Source: Deferribacterales bacterium
Lineage (GTDB): Bacteria; Chrysiogenota; Deferribacteres; Deferribacterales; Geovibrionaceae
Length of the DNA: 17,776 nt
Direction: 5' to 3'
NCBI GenBank assembly: GCA_050253335.1
Contig: JBFWJG010000026.1
Location: forward strand, 1-17,776
The position numbers and the translations under genes are program-made. The first letter of the stretch is position 1. Each line of letters opens with the position of its first letter. Below, in pieces: positions 1 to 7,353 of this stretch. The notes beneath the pieces are model-generated. The model saw only the letters and a program-made list of their open reading frames with translations, had not been told where the DNA came from and searched no databases.

Positions 1-48
1 GTTCGGAAAGTGTTTTTTCCCGCAAACATATGCGGGAGTGCAGGCGAG

Positions 49-1851
49 TTGATTAAACGTCTGAGTACGGAGATGCTTTTGAACCCGAACAGCTTTGAAA
101 CCTACATGAGTTCTAAGTTTAAGTGGTTCTACAAAAGGGCGGAGACTGCTCCGCACCTTGAGGTTCTGCGTAAAATCGGCGTTCCGGATTGTCTTGTTGA
201 AGTCTTCGTAAAAAAGCATCTTACAGATGAACCCACAATAGAATGCTTCCTTGAAACCCCCCTGCGGGAACTTTACAGCCCCTTTAACCTAAAAGGAATG
301 AAAACAGCTGTGGAGCGCATACGCATCGCCCTGACAAAGGGCGAGAAGATATGCATCTACGGTGATTACGACGTGGACGGGGTGACATCCGTTTCGCTGA
401 TGTTTCTCTTCCTCAGTGAAATAGGGGCTAATGTTGACTACTATGTCCCGAACAGGCTTGAGGAGGGCTATGGCCTCAATACCGAAGCCATGGACGAGAT
501 AGCCTCAAGGGGAACCAAGCTCATGATAACCGTGGACTGCGGCATCAACGCCGTGAATGAAGTGGCCTATGCCTCCTCCCTCGGCATGGACGTTATAATT
601 ACGGATCATCACCAGCCTGCTGAAGTCATGCCTGAAAAAGCCTTATGTATAATCAACCCTCTCCAGCCCGGGGATAATTACGAGTTTAAGGAGCTTGCCG
701 GAGTCGGCGTTGCTTTCAAGCTTGTGATGGGTCTCCGCTATTATCTGCGGGAAAAGGGCTGTTTCGGCAAGGGTGCTCCCAATATAAAGAAATATCTTGA
801 TCTTGTAACCCTCGGCACTGTGGCGGATGTTGTGCCCATAGTCGGGGAGAACAGGATTTTTGTACGCCACGGGCTTGAGCTTCTCTCGCAGAAATCCACA
901 AGACCCGGGGTGAGTGAGCTTAAAAAAATCACCGGACTGGACGGCTCCCGCGTTGGTACGTCTCAGGTGGGTTTCGCCCTCGCGCCGCGCATAAACGCAG
1001 TGGGCAGAATGGGCAGCAGCGACAAGGGTCTGCGTCTTCTCATCACGGATAACAGGGACGAGGCGCGCTATCTCGCCCGGGAACTTGATCAGGAGAACAG
1101 ATACCGCCAGACAATTGAGCGTGAAATAATCCTCGAATCCTACAGCATGATAGAGAGCGAACAGCTTAACGAGAGATACAAAGGGCTTGTGCTGTATTCC
1201 GAAAGCTGGCATCAGGGAGTGATAGGCATAGTCGCCTCAAGGGTTGTGGAAAAGTTTCATAAGCCCACCATCATCATCACCTCTGAAAACGGTGTGGGCA
1301 AAGGCTCCGCCCGCAGTATTCCGGCTTTTCATCTTTATGAAGGACTTAAAAAGGTGGAAGGTCTGCTGATAACCTTCGGCGGTCATAAGTACGCCGCCGG
1401 ACTCAAAGTGGAAATGGAAAATATTTCCGAATTGAGAGAAAAGTTCAACGAAGCTGTTGACACTTTGCTTTCCGAGAATGATTATATACCGGAGCTGGTT
1501 ATTGACGCATTTCTGGAACCGGATGATGTTGACAAGGAACTGCTTGACTGGCTGGACAGGATGCAGCCTTTCGGCGCGGGCAACAAGGAGCCTGTGTTCT
1601 GCATGAGGAATTTAAAGAAATCCCAGCCTTTCTCTTACGTGGGCAAGGAGAAAACGCATCTTAAAATATATCTTGAGAAAAACGGCAGGGTGTTTGACTG
1701 CATAGGCTATAATATGAAGGGCTGTGAGGAGATGCTTCTTTCCTCCGCCTCCTTTGATATTATTTTTACCCCTGTTCTGAACGGGTGGTACGGCGGCAGA
1801 TACATTCAGCTTAACCTCAAGGATATTCGCCCTGCGGATGAAAATATATGA
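49..1851 (+). CDS. recJ: Single-stranded-DNA-specific exonuclease RecJ (DHH/DHHA1 family)
   Basis: Motifs YGDYDVDG, TVDCG, ITDHH, LGTVADVVP, APRINAVGR, GSARS, GGHKYAAG and PFGAGN. The start is uncertain: the frame is open from base 1, with candidates GTG 10, TTG 49, ATG 73 and ATG 106. TTG 49 is chosen tentatively because it overlaps a TGA in another frame. Confidence 0.95.
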   Translation: MIKRLSTEMLLNPNSFETYMSSKFKWFYKRAETAPHLEVLRKIGVPDCLVEVFVKKHLTDEPTIECFLETPLRELYSPFNLKGMKTAVERIRIALTKGEKICIYGDYDVDGVTSVSLMFLFLSEIGANVDYYVPNRLEEGYGLNTEAMDEIASRGTKLMITVDCGINAVNEVAYASSLGMDVIITDHHQPAEVMPEKALCIINPLQPGDNYEFKELAGVGVAFKLVMGLRYYLREKGCFGKGAPNIKKYLDLVTLGTVADVVPIVGENRIFVRHGLELLSQKSTRPGVSELKKITGLDGSRVGTSQVGFALAPRINAVGRMGSSDKGLRLLITDNRDEARYLARELDQENRYRQTIEREIILESYSMIESEQLNERYKGLVLYSESWHQGVIGIVASRVVEKFHKPTIIITSENGVGKGSARSIPAFHLYEGLKKVEGLLITFGGHKYAAGLKVEMENISELREKFNEAVDTLLSENDYIPELVIDAFLEPDDVDKELLDWLDRMQPFGAGNKEPVFCMRNLKKSQPFSYVGKEKTHLKIYLEKNGRVFDCIGYNMKGCEEMLLSSASFDIIFTPVLNGWYGGRYIQLNLKDIRPADENI

Positions 1852-3995
1852 CACACAAGAAAATTATTCGCCTGATGGATATTCAGGACAAAATGATAAA
1901 AAACGGTGTGACCGCCGGACTTGAGAAAGTCCACAAGGCATATGTCTACGCCGCGCAGAAGCACAGGGGGCAGCTCCGCCACAGCGGGGAGCCTTACCTT
2001 TCGCACCCGCTGAACGTTGCCTACATCCTCGCAGAGATGAACATGGATGTGGACACTGTGATAGGCGGTCTTCTCCATGATACTCTTGAAGATACGGACG
2101 CGACATATGAAGAGGTTGCCTCGCTGTTCGGGGAGGATGTGGCGTTTATCGTCAACGGTGTCTCCAAGATAGGGCAGATCGAGTTTAAATCCAAAGAGGA
2201 GAAGCAGGCGGAAAACTTCCGCAAGATGCTGGTCTCCATGTCAAAAGATGTCCGTGTGATTCTCATCAAACTTGCCGACAGGCTTCACAATATAAGCACA
2301 ATCGACTCTCTGAGACAGGAAAAGCAGGAACGCATTGCACAGGAAACCATGGATATTTATGCGCCCCTCGCCCACAGGCTTGGTATCGCATGGATTAAGT
2401 GGGAGCTTGAGGACCGCTGTTTCCGCATCCTGAATCCCAAGATGTATTACGAGATTTACGAGAAGGTTAAGTATAAGCGCGGCGAGCGTGAGCAGTATCT
2501 TCTTGAAGTAATGCAGAAAATAATGAAAGAGCTTGAGGCGAACGGCATCAGAGCCGAAATTCAGGGCAGACCGAAGCATTTTTACAGCATTTACAACAAG
2601 ATGGTGAAAAAAGGCGCAAGCTTCGAGGAGATATATGACCTTCTGGCGCTCCGCATAATGGTGGACAACGTTCCCCAGTGCTACGCTGTGATGGGCATAA
2701 TCCACAACCTCTGGAAGCCTGTTCAGTCGAGGTTTAAGGACTATATCGCAATGCAGAAGTCCAACCTTTACCAGTCGCTCCACACAACTGTTGTTGGGCC
2801 GAAGGGTATGGCTGTTGAGTTTCAGATCAGAACCCACGAAATGCACAAGGTGGCGGAAGAAGGGATCGCCGCCCACTGGAAATACAAAGAGGGGAAGGTT
2901 TTTGATCCGCAGGAGGATAAAACTTTCCGCTGGCTCAGGGGGCTTCTTGAACAGCATGACCTCAAACGCCCCATCGACCTTGTGGAGGCGCTGAAGGAGG
3001 ATATCCTCCCCACGCAGATCTATGTTTTCACTCCCAAGGGTGACGTGGTGGAGCTTCCGGTCGGGTCAACCCCCATAGACTTTGCTTACTCCATCCACAC
3101 CGACATCGGCAACATGTGCACCGGAGCGAAGGTTGACGGCCGCATGGTTCCGCTGAAATACCGCCTGCGCAACGGCGACAGGGTAACGGTTCTCACCTCG
3201 CCCAACCACAAACCCAGCCGTGACTGGCTCGGCTTTGTGAAAACAAGCAGGGCAAAGGTAAGGATACGCAACTTCATCAGGAAGGAAGAACGTGACCGCG
3301 CACTGGCTCAGGGGATCGACTTTCTGGACAGGGAGTTCAAGCAGTATTTCCTTGATTACAGAGAGATTTTCAACAAAGAGGCCAATGTCCGGAAGATCGC
3401 TTCCCAGTATAAGCTCAAGGATCTTGAGGATATATATGTCGCAGTGGGTTTCGGCAGGGTATCGCCAAGGCAGATAGTCCACCATTTCGCCGAAGTCAGG
3501 GACAAGAAAAAGGATGCTGTCGAAAGCATGGAGGCGCCCGCTCCCAAGAAGAGCGAGGAACCATTTGTTATAGACGGCATTGACGATGTTCTGGTGAAGG
3601 TCGCCAAATGCTGTATGCCGCTTCCCGGGGATGATATCATCGGCTATATCTCAAGGGGCAGGGGTATTGTCATCCACAAAAAGGACTGTGAAAACATCCT
3701 CAACGGCAGCATAAACGAGGAGAGGCTCACCCCTGTTCAGTGGAGCGATAAAAAGGTGTTCAGGATGCCTGTCGCCATAAAAACAGTGGTGATCGACCGG
3801 CCCGGTGTGCTTTTTGATATTGCCAATATCATGAAGGAGATGGGGATTAATATCTCGAACCTTTCATCAGGCAAGGCTCCGGACGGGCTGTCCAAGCAGG
3901 ATTTTACCATCGAGGTTCAGGACAAGAAGGAGCTTAAAACTGTCATCAACAAGCTTCTTAATATAGACGGCGTTCAGGAAGTCCGCAGTAACTGA
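1848..3995 (+). CDS. relA: Bifunctional (p)ppGpp synthetase/hydrolase, long RSH (Rel/SpoT type)
   Basis: Intact hydrolase motif LLHDTLED, KLADRLHN, synthetase motifs RFKDY, YQSLHT and EFQIRT, TGS domain (VFTPKG...DFAYSIHT), CC/ZFD (KCCMPLPGD...HKKDC) and a C-terminal ACT domain (DRPGVL). ATGA overlap with the recJ stop. Confidence 0.96.
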   Translation: MTHKKIIRLMDIQDKMIKNGVTAGLEKVHKAYVYAAQKHRGQLRHSGEPYLSHPLNVAYILAEMNMDVDTVIGGLLHDTLEDTDATYEEVASLFGEDVAFIVNGVSKIGQIEFKSKEEKQAENFRKMLVSMSKDVRVILIKLADRLHNISTIDSLRQEKQERIAQETMDIYAPLAHRLGIAWIKWELEDRCFRILNPKMYYEIYEKVKYKRGEREQYLLEVMQKIMKELEANGIRAEIQGRPKHFYSIYNKMVKKGASFEEIYDLLALRIMVDNVPQCYAVMGIIHNLWKPVQSRFKDYIAMQKSNLYQSLHTTVVGPKGMAVEFQIRTHEMHKVAEEGIAAHWKYKEGKVFDPQEDKTFRWLRGLLEQHDLKRPIDLVEALKEDILPTQIYVFTPKGDVVELPVGSTPIDFAYSIHTDIGNMCTGAKVDGRMVPLKYRLRNGDRVTVLTSPNHKPSRDWLGFVKTSRAKVRIRNFIRKEERDRALAQGIDFLDREFKQYFLDYREIFNKEANVRKIASQYKLKDLEDIYVAVGFGRVSPRQIVHHFAEVRDKKKDAVESMEAPAPKKSEEPFVIDGIDDVLVKVAKCCMPLPGDDIIGYISRGRGIVIHKKDCENILNGSINEERLTPVQWSDKKVFRMPVAIKTVVIDRPGVLFDIANIMKEMGINISNLSSGKAPDGLSKQDFTIEVQDKKELKTVINKLLNIDGVQEVRSN

Positions 3996-4126
3996 TTCGG
4001 TAAGGCTCACTTCCGTGGGAACCGGATTGTCTGCGTTATTCTGAACGCATGGGCGCAAAAATATCTGCTGAAAAAATTTTCAGGAAAAAACTTTCGAAAG
4101 TCCGGAGTTTTAGGTGAATAAAGGGA

Positions 4127-4166
4127 CAAAACCGCCTGCGGACTAAAAAAAGCCGCAGGCAGGGTT
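4127..4166 (-). terminator. Probable intrinsic terminator of rpmB (could also act on the convergent rel transcript)
   Basis: 8-bp stem GCCTGCGG (4134-4141) / CCGCAGGC (4153-4160). On the minus strand it is followed by GGTTTTGT, about 20 nt after the rpmB stop. Confidence 0.65.
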
Positions 4167-4179
4167 CAATGTCTGTTGG

Positions 4180-4368
4180 TTAGGCTTTCTGAACTTTGCC
4201 TGCTTTAAGGCATTTTGTGCAGACTTTTTTTCTGACAACCTGTCCGTCTTCAATAACTCTCATCTTGTGCACGTTAGGAAGGAAAACCCTTCTTGTAACG
4301 TTGTGAGCGTGGCTTATGTTGTGACCGAACATCGGTCCTTTACCGCAAACCTCACATCTTCTGGCCAT
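4180..4368 (-). CDS. rpmB: 50S ribosomal protein L28 (bL28), Zn-ribbon C+ form
   Basis: [32 protein letters not shown]...VCTKCLK carries two CxxC motifs. SD GGAGG at 4375-4379 (minus strand), 6 nt before the ATG. Confidence 0.97.
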   Translation of the reverse strand: MARRCEVCGKGPMFGHNISHAHNVTRRVFLPNVHKMRVIEDGQVVRKKVCTKCLKAGKVQKA

Positions 4369-4439
4369 GTCAATCCTCCGAATGTATGATAATTCTAAAC
4401 CTTTACAATGTTCAATAGTCTTGATCTAAAGAGCTTGAA

Positions 4440-4480
4440 ATGCTAACATAACCCATATACCTGATCAAGAGTTTTTTTGC
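4440..4480 (-). promoter_or_regulatory. Candidate sigma70 promoter of rpmB with extended -10 and A-tract UP element
   Basis: The minus strand reads GCAAAAAAACTC-TTGATC (4468-4463)-17 nt-TAGCAT (4445-4440), with a TGn immediately before the -10. Confidence 0.55.
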
Positions 4481-4839
4481 TCAGACCTTCTTTTTTGTGG
4501 AAGAGATAAACGCTCCCATGGAAGGGAGCGCGCCGTGCGGAGCGAAGCCGAACTTGTTTCGGCGCGAGCGTGTAAGTGAAAAACACAGGATGTGGTTTTT
4601 CACTTGGTAAGTCGGCTCAAGAGTTTTTTTGCTCAGACCTTCTTTTTTGTGGAAGAGATAAACGCTCCCATGGAAGGGAGCGCGCCGTGCGAAGCGAAGC
4701 CGAACTTGTTTCGGCGCGAGCGTGTAAGTGAAAAACACAGGATGTGGTTTTTCACTTGGTAAGTCGGCTCAAGAGTTTTTTTGCAGATACCCTCTTTTTC
4801 ATGGGAAGCGTATATGTTCCCATGGATGGGAACACGCTG
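4465..4839. repeat. Tandem 152-bp palindromic repeat: two full copies (4465-4616, 4617-4768) plus a diverged partial third copy (4769-4839)
   Basis: Copies 1 and 2 match at 151/152 nt (G4540 vs A4692). Copy 3 aligns without gaps over 71 nt at about 75% identity. Each full unit has hairpins CGCTCCC-ATGGAA-GGGAGCG, GCCGAA-CTTGT-TTCGGC and AAGTGAAAAAC-N10-GTTTTTCACTT. Confidence 0.95.
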
Positions 4840-4844
4840 ATCTG

Positions 4845-4997
4845 CGTCACTCTGAGCCACAGGTGAAGAGTCTCTGACAGAATCCTCCCCGCCCCTCCTT
4901 TGTCAAAGGAGGGTGAATTGACCTCCCCTTTGTAAAAGGGGGACAGAGGGGGATTTCTTAACACTGTGCGGGATGCTTCACTGCGTTCAGCATGACG
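4845..4997. repeat. REP/REPIN-like inverted pair, outer element (GTCA-N2-CTGA...TGAAG family)
   Basis: The left arm CGTCACTCTGAGCCACAGGTGAAGAGTCTC (4845-4874) is an imperfect inverted repeat of the right arm GGGATGCTTCACTGCGTTCAGCATGACG (4970-4997). Each arm is itself a short hairpin. Confidence 0.7.
4880..4957. repeat. REPIN-like inverted pair, inner element (CCCCTTT-N3-AAAGGGG family)
   Basis: Two hairpins, CCCTCCTTT-GTC-AAAGGAGGG (4893-4913) and CCCCTTT-GTA-AAAGGGG (4925-4941), bounded by inverted ends AATCCTCC / GGGGGATT. Confidence 0.8.
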
Positions 4998-5007
4998 GGC
5001 AGAGGAA

Positions 5008-5069
5008 CAGACTGTTTCTGTGAAAGGAAGATAGTAAAGCCTGACGTGAGCACACTGTGCGGAGCGAAG
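5008..5069. repeat. Degenerate fourth partial copy of the 152-bp unit
   Basis: GTGAGCACACTGTGCGGAGCGAAG (5046-5069) matches GGGAGCGCGCCGTGCGGAGCGAAG (4524-4547) at 20/24, including 13 identical terminal nt. Upstream, CAGACTGTTTCTGTGAAAG resembles CAGACCTTCTTTTTTGTGGAAG. Confidence 0.6.
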
Positions 5070-5128
5070 GGCATAAGGGCGATAAACGTAACAGTATTTA
5101 TTTTTAAATCAGCAATGAGGTTAATATT

Positions 5129-5335
5129 ATGGAAATAACAGCAAAAACACTAATAGCGGATGTTCTGAAGGCCTGTCCGGCTTCGGTGGAAGTTTTTGAT
5201 AAATTCAACATGGGCTGCATGAGCTGCATGGGCGTTGCCAATGAAAGCATTGAGAAGGGCTCACGTATGCACGGGCTTGATCCCGAAGAGGTTCTGGCGG
5301 AGCTCAGAAAGTTTGTCGGAGGCAGTAAAGCTTAA
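5129..5335 (+). CDS. DUF1858-family small protein (hybrid-cluster-associated redox disulfide domain)
   Basis: ITAKTLIADVLKACP..VEVF..FNMGCMSCMG...ESIE.G..MHGLD fits the family pattern and contains a CxxC. SD GAGG at 5117-5120. Confidence 0.88.
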   Translation: MEITAKTLIADVLKACPASVEVFDKFNMGCMSCMGVANESIEKGSRMHGLDPEEVLAELRKFVGGSKA

Positions 5336-5373
5336 CGAATACAATAGTTTACAATTATAAACAGAACAAATTC

Positions 5374-5398
5374 GCACCCCCTTAACCGGGGGTGTTTG
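5374..5398 (+). terminator. Possible terminator or processing hairpin between DUF1858 and trmB
   Basis: CACCCCC (5375-5381)-TTAACC-GGGGGTG (5388-5394), followed by only TTTG (a weak U-tract). Confidence 0.45.
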
Positions 5399-5417
5399 CG
5401 CTGAATGCGCATTATTT

Positions 5418-6104
5418 TTGTCAGGGAGGTTTGTTATTAAAAAGTTAGAGCTTAATTTTCAGGAAGATATATACATATATGCCACGGATCTGCGCCCGCA
5501 GGTCGAAAGATTTCAGAAATTTTCCCACGGAGGCGGGTTTGAAGGGTATGAAAGGCTCACGCCCTCGGACTTTTTTGATAACGGCGCTCCGTTTAATATT
5601 GAAATAGGCATTGGAAACGGCGAGTTCATAAGCGCTTTCGCCAAAAGATATCCCGAGCAGAATTATCTGGGTTTTGAAGTGATGAAGCGCATTTTCGACA
5701 GGGCGATAAGAAAAGTACGCACCGCTGAGGTGAAAAACGCAAAGATAATTCATTTCGATGCCACATTCTTCGTAAGCCTGTTCAAAGACGGCAGTGTGGA
5801 CAACTTCTACGTGAATTTTCCCGATCCTTGGCCGAAGAAAAAGCACAATAAGCGCAGGCTGCTTAAAACATCCTTCATAGAAATTCTCACCTCCAAGCTG
5901 AAGAAGGGGGGCAGTCTGTACATGGCGACTGATCAGGTCGACTATGCCGAAGAGATTGTCCTGAACCTGAAACCTGTGGAAAATTTGAAGAGCGCATACG
6001 ATACTGTATTTATAAACGAACTGGTGGATTACCACGAAACCAAATATTACCGCAAGTTTTCGCCTGAGCTGGGCGTTTACTTTTTCAGGATGATAAAACA
6101 GTAG
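5418..6104 (+). CDS. trmB: tRNA (guanine(46)-N7)-methyltransferase TrmB
   Basis: SAM-binding EIGIGNGEF, NYLGFE, NFPDPWPKKKHNKRRL, ATD and TKY motifs. TTG start without a clear SD, so the start is uncertain. Confidence 0.93.
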   Translation: MSGRFVIKKLELNFQEDIYIYATDLRPQVERFQKFSHGGGFEGYERLTPSDFFDNGAPFNIEIGIGNGEFISAFAKRYPEQNYLGFEVMKRIFDRAIRKVRTAEVKNAKIIHFDATFFVSLFKDGSVDNFYVNFPDPWPKKKHNKRRLLKTSFIEILTSKLKKGGSLYMATDQVDYAEEIVLNLKPVENLKSAYDTVFINELVDYHETKYYRKFSPELGVYFFRMIKQ

Positions 6105-6120
6105 CCTGACGGAGGGACTG

Positions 6121-7353
6121 ATGAGGTTTTTGCTTGCTTTTCTTATGCTGTCTGTTTCCATAGCCGCAGATGCGAAGGAGTATTTTTTCGTTGAGATAGA
6201 CGGCGTAATCAGCGGCTATACCGAGAAATACATAGAACAGTCCCTTGAAAAAGCTTCGGATGAGGACGGCGTGCTGGTCATCAAGCTTGATACCCCGGGC
6301 GGTGTGCTTGATTCCACAAGGAAGATAGTTCAGCTTATTCTCGAAAGCGAAACCCCTGTGGTCACCTTTGTTTCCCCGCAGGGAGCCAGAGCAGGCTCCG
6401 CGGGCACATTCATTACCCTCGCCTCCCACTACGCCGCAATGGCGGAGGGGAGCAACATAGGCGCCGCCCATCCGGTTAATATCACCGGACAGAACATAGA
6501 GGGCGAGATGGGTAAAAAGATAGAGAACGATACTGTCGCCTTCATCCGCTCCATAGCTGAGAAAAGAGACAGAAACCTTGATATATCCGTGCAGATGGTC
6601 ACAAACTCGCTGAGCCTCACCGCGCAGGAAGCCCTTGAGGCGAACCTTATTGACGCTGTTGTGAACAGTGATGACGGTCTTGTTGCCCTGCTGACTGAGA
6701 AGTACGGTGAACAGACGGGAAGGACTTATCTCGAACCCACAGTGCTCCAGAGAGTGGCGTTTTTTCTGAGCGATCCCAATGTGCTGATGCTGATGCTTTT
6801 TATCGGGATAGGCGCGATATTCCTCGAATTTAAGATGCCGGGCACATTTGTTTTCGCCGGAATCGGCATATGCGCCATTCTGCTTTTCCTCATGGGTATT
6901 AATATAATACCTGTAAACTGGCTCGGCCTCCTGCTGATAATAGCGGGCTTTGCGCTGATGTTTGCGGAGATATTCATACCGAGTTTCGGTCTTTTGACCC
7001 TTGGCGCTGTTACGGCATTGGGCTTCGGGATGTATCTGCTTTTCAGCAGGGAGGGGAACGTGGGCATAAGCGTTTCATGGGGAATGATAATCGGCGTTCT
7101 GGCTGTGGTTATGCTCGTTGTGGGGTTCATAGGCAGGCTCATAGTGAAGGATTTTCTCGCCAAGCCGGCAACGGGCGCAGAAGGGATGATAGGCGAGACA
7201 GGCACTGTCATGTCATGGAACGGTTCAGCGGGAAAGGTGTTTGTCCACGGGGAAATATGGAGCGCGGAATCCGGCTCTGTTTTCGAAAAGGATGATAAGG
7301 TCAAAGTTGCGGAAATTAAGGGAATGGTGATAAAAGTTGAACGCGCAGAATAG
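6121..7353 (+). CDS. nfeD: Long-form NfeD (ClpP-class membrane-bound serine protease with C-terminal OB fold)
   Basis: Signal peptide, LDTPGG, ARAGSAG (catalytic Ser), IGAAHPV, KK (Lys of the dyad), several transmembrane helices and C-terminal G+VFVHGE.W.A. SD GGAGG before the ATG. Confidence 0.92.
   Translation: MRFLLAFLMLSVSIAADAKEYFFVEIDGVISGYTEKYIEQSLEKASDEDGVLVIKLDTPGGVLDSTRKIVQLILESETPVVTFVSPQGARAGSAGTFITLASHYAAMAEGSNIGAAHPVNITGQNIEGEMGKKIENDTVAFIRSIAEKRDRNLDISVQMVTNSLSLTAQEALEANLIDAVVNSDDGLVALLTEKYGEQTGRTYLEPTVLQRVAFFLSDPNVLMLMLFIGIGAIFLEFKMPGTFVFAGIGICAILLFLMGINIIPVNWLGLLLIIAGFALMFAEIFIPSFGLLTLGAVTALGFGMYLLFSREGNVGISVSWGMIIGVLAVVMLVVGFIGRLIVKDFLAKPATGAEGMIGETGTVMSWNGSAGKVFVHGEIWSAESGSVFEKDDKVKVAEIKGMVIKVERAE

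Noticed and set aside
4465..4839. CRISPR array
   Set aside because: The sequences between the recurring 16-mers are ~136 nt and nearly identical rather than unique spacers, and no cas genes are present in the window.
4481..4964. Three minus-strand ORFs (4481-4738, 4633-4860, 4752-4964)
   Set aside because: They are translations of the palindromic repeats. The 152-nt period shifts frame, there is no convincing RBS, and peptides such as NPPLSPFYKGE simply reflect the hairpin sequence.
4845..4997. Autonomous IS element or classical MITE with target-site duplication
   Set aside because: No transposase ORF and no clear direct repeat flanking the outer arms, so it is kept only as a REP-like repeat.
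4369..5128. tRNA, tmRNA, 6S RNA or a known riboswitch
   Set aside because: I recognised no T-loop/cloverleaf or riboswitch consensus by eye. An Rfam scan would be needed to exclude these formally.
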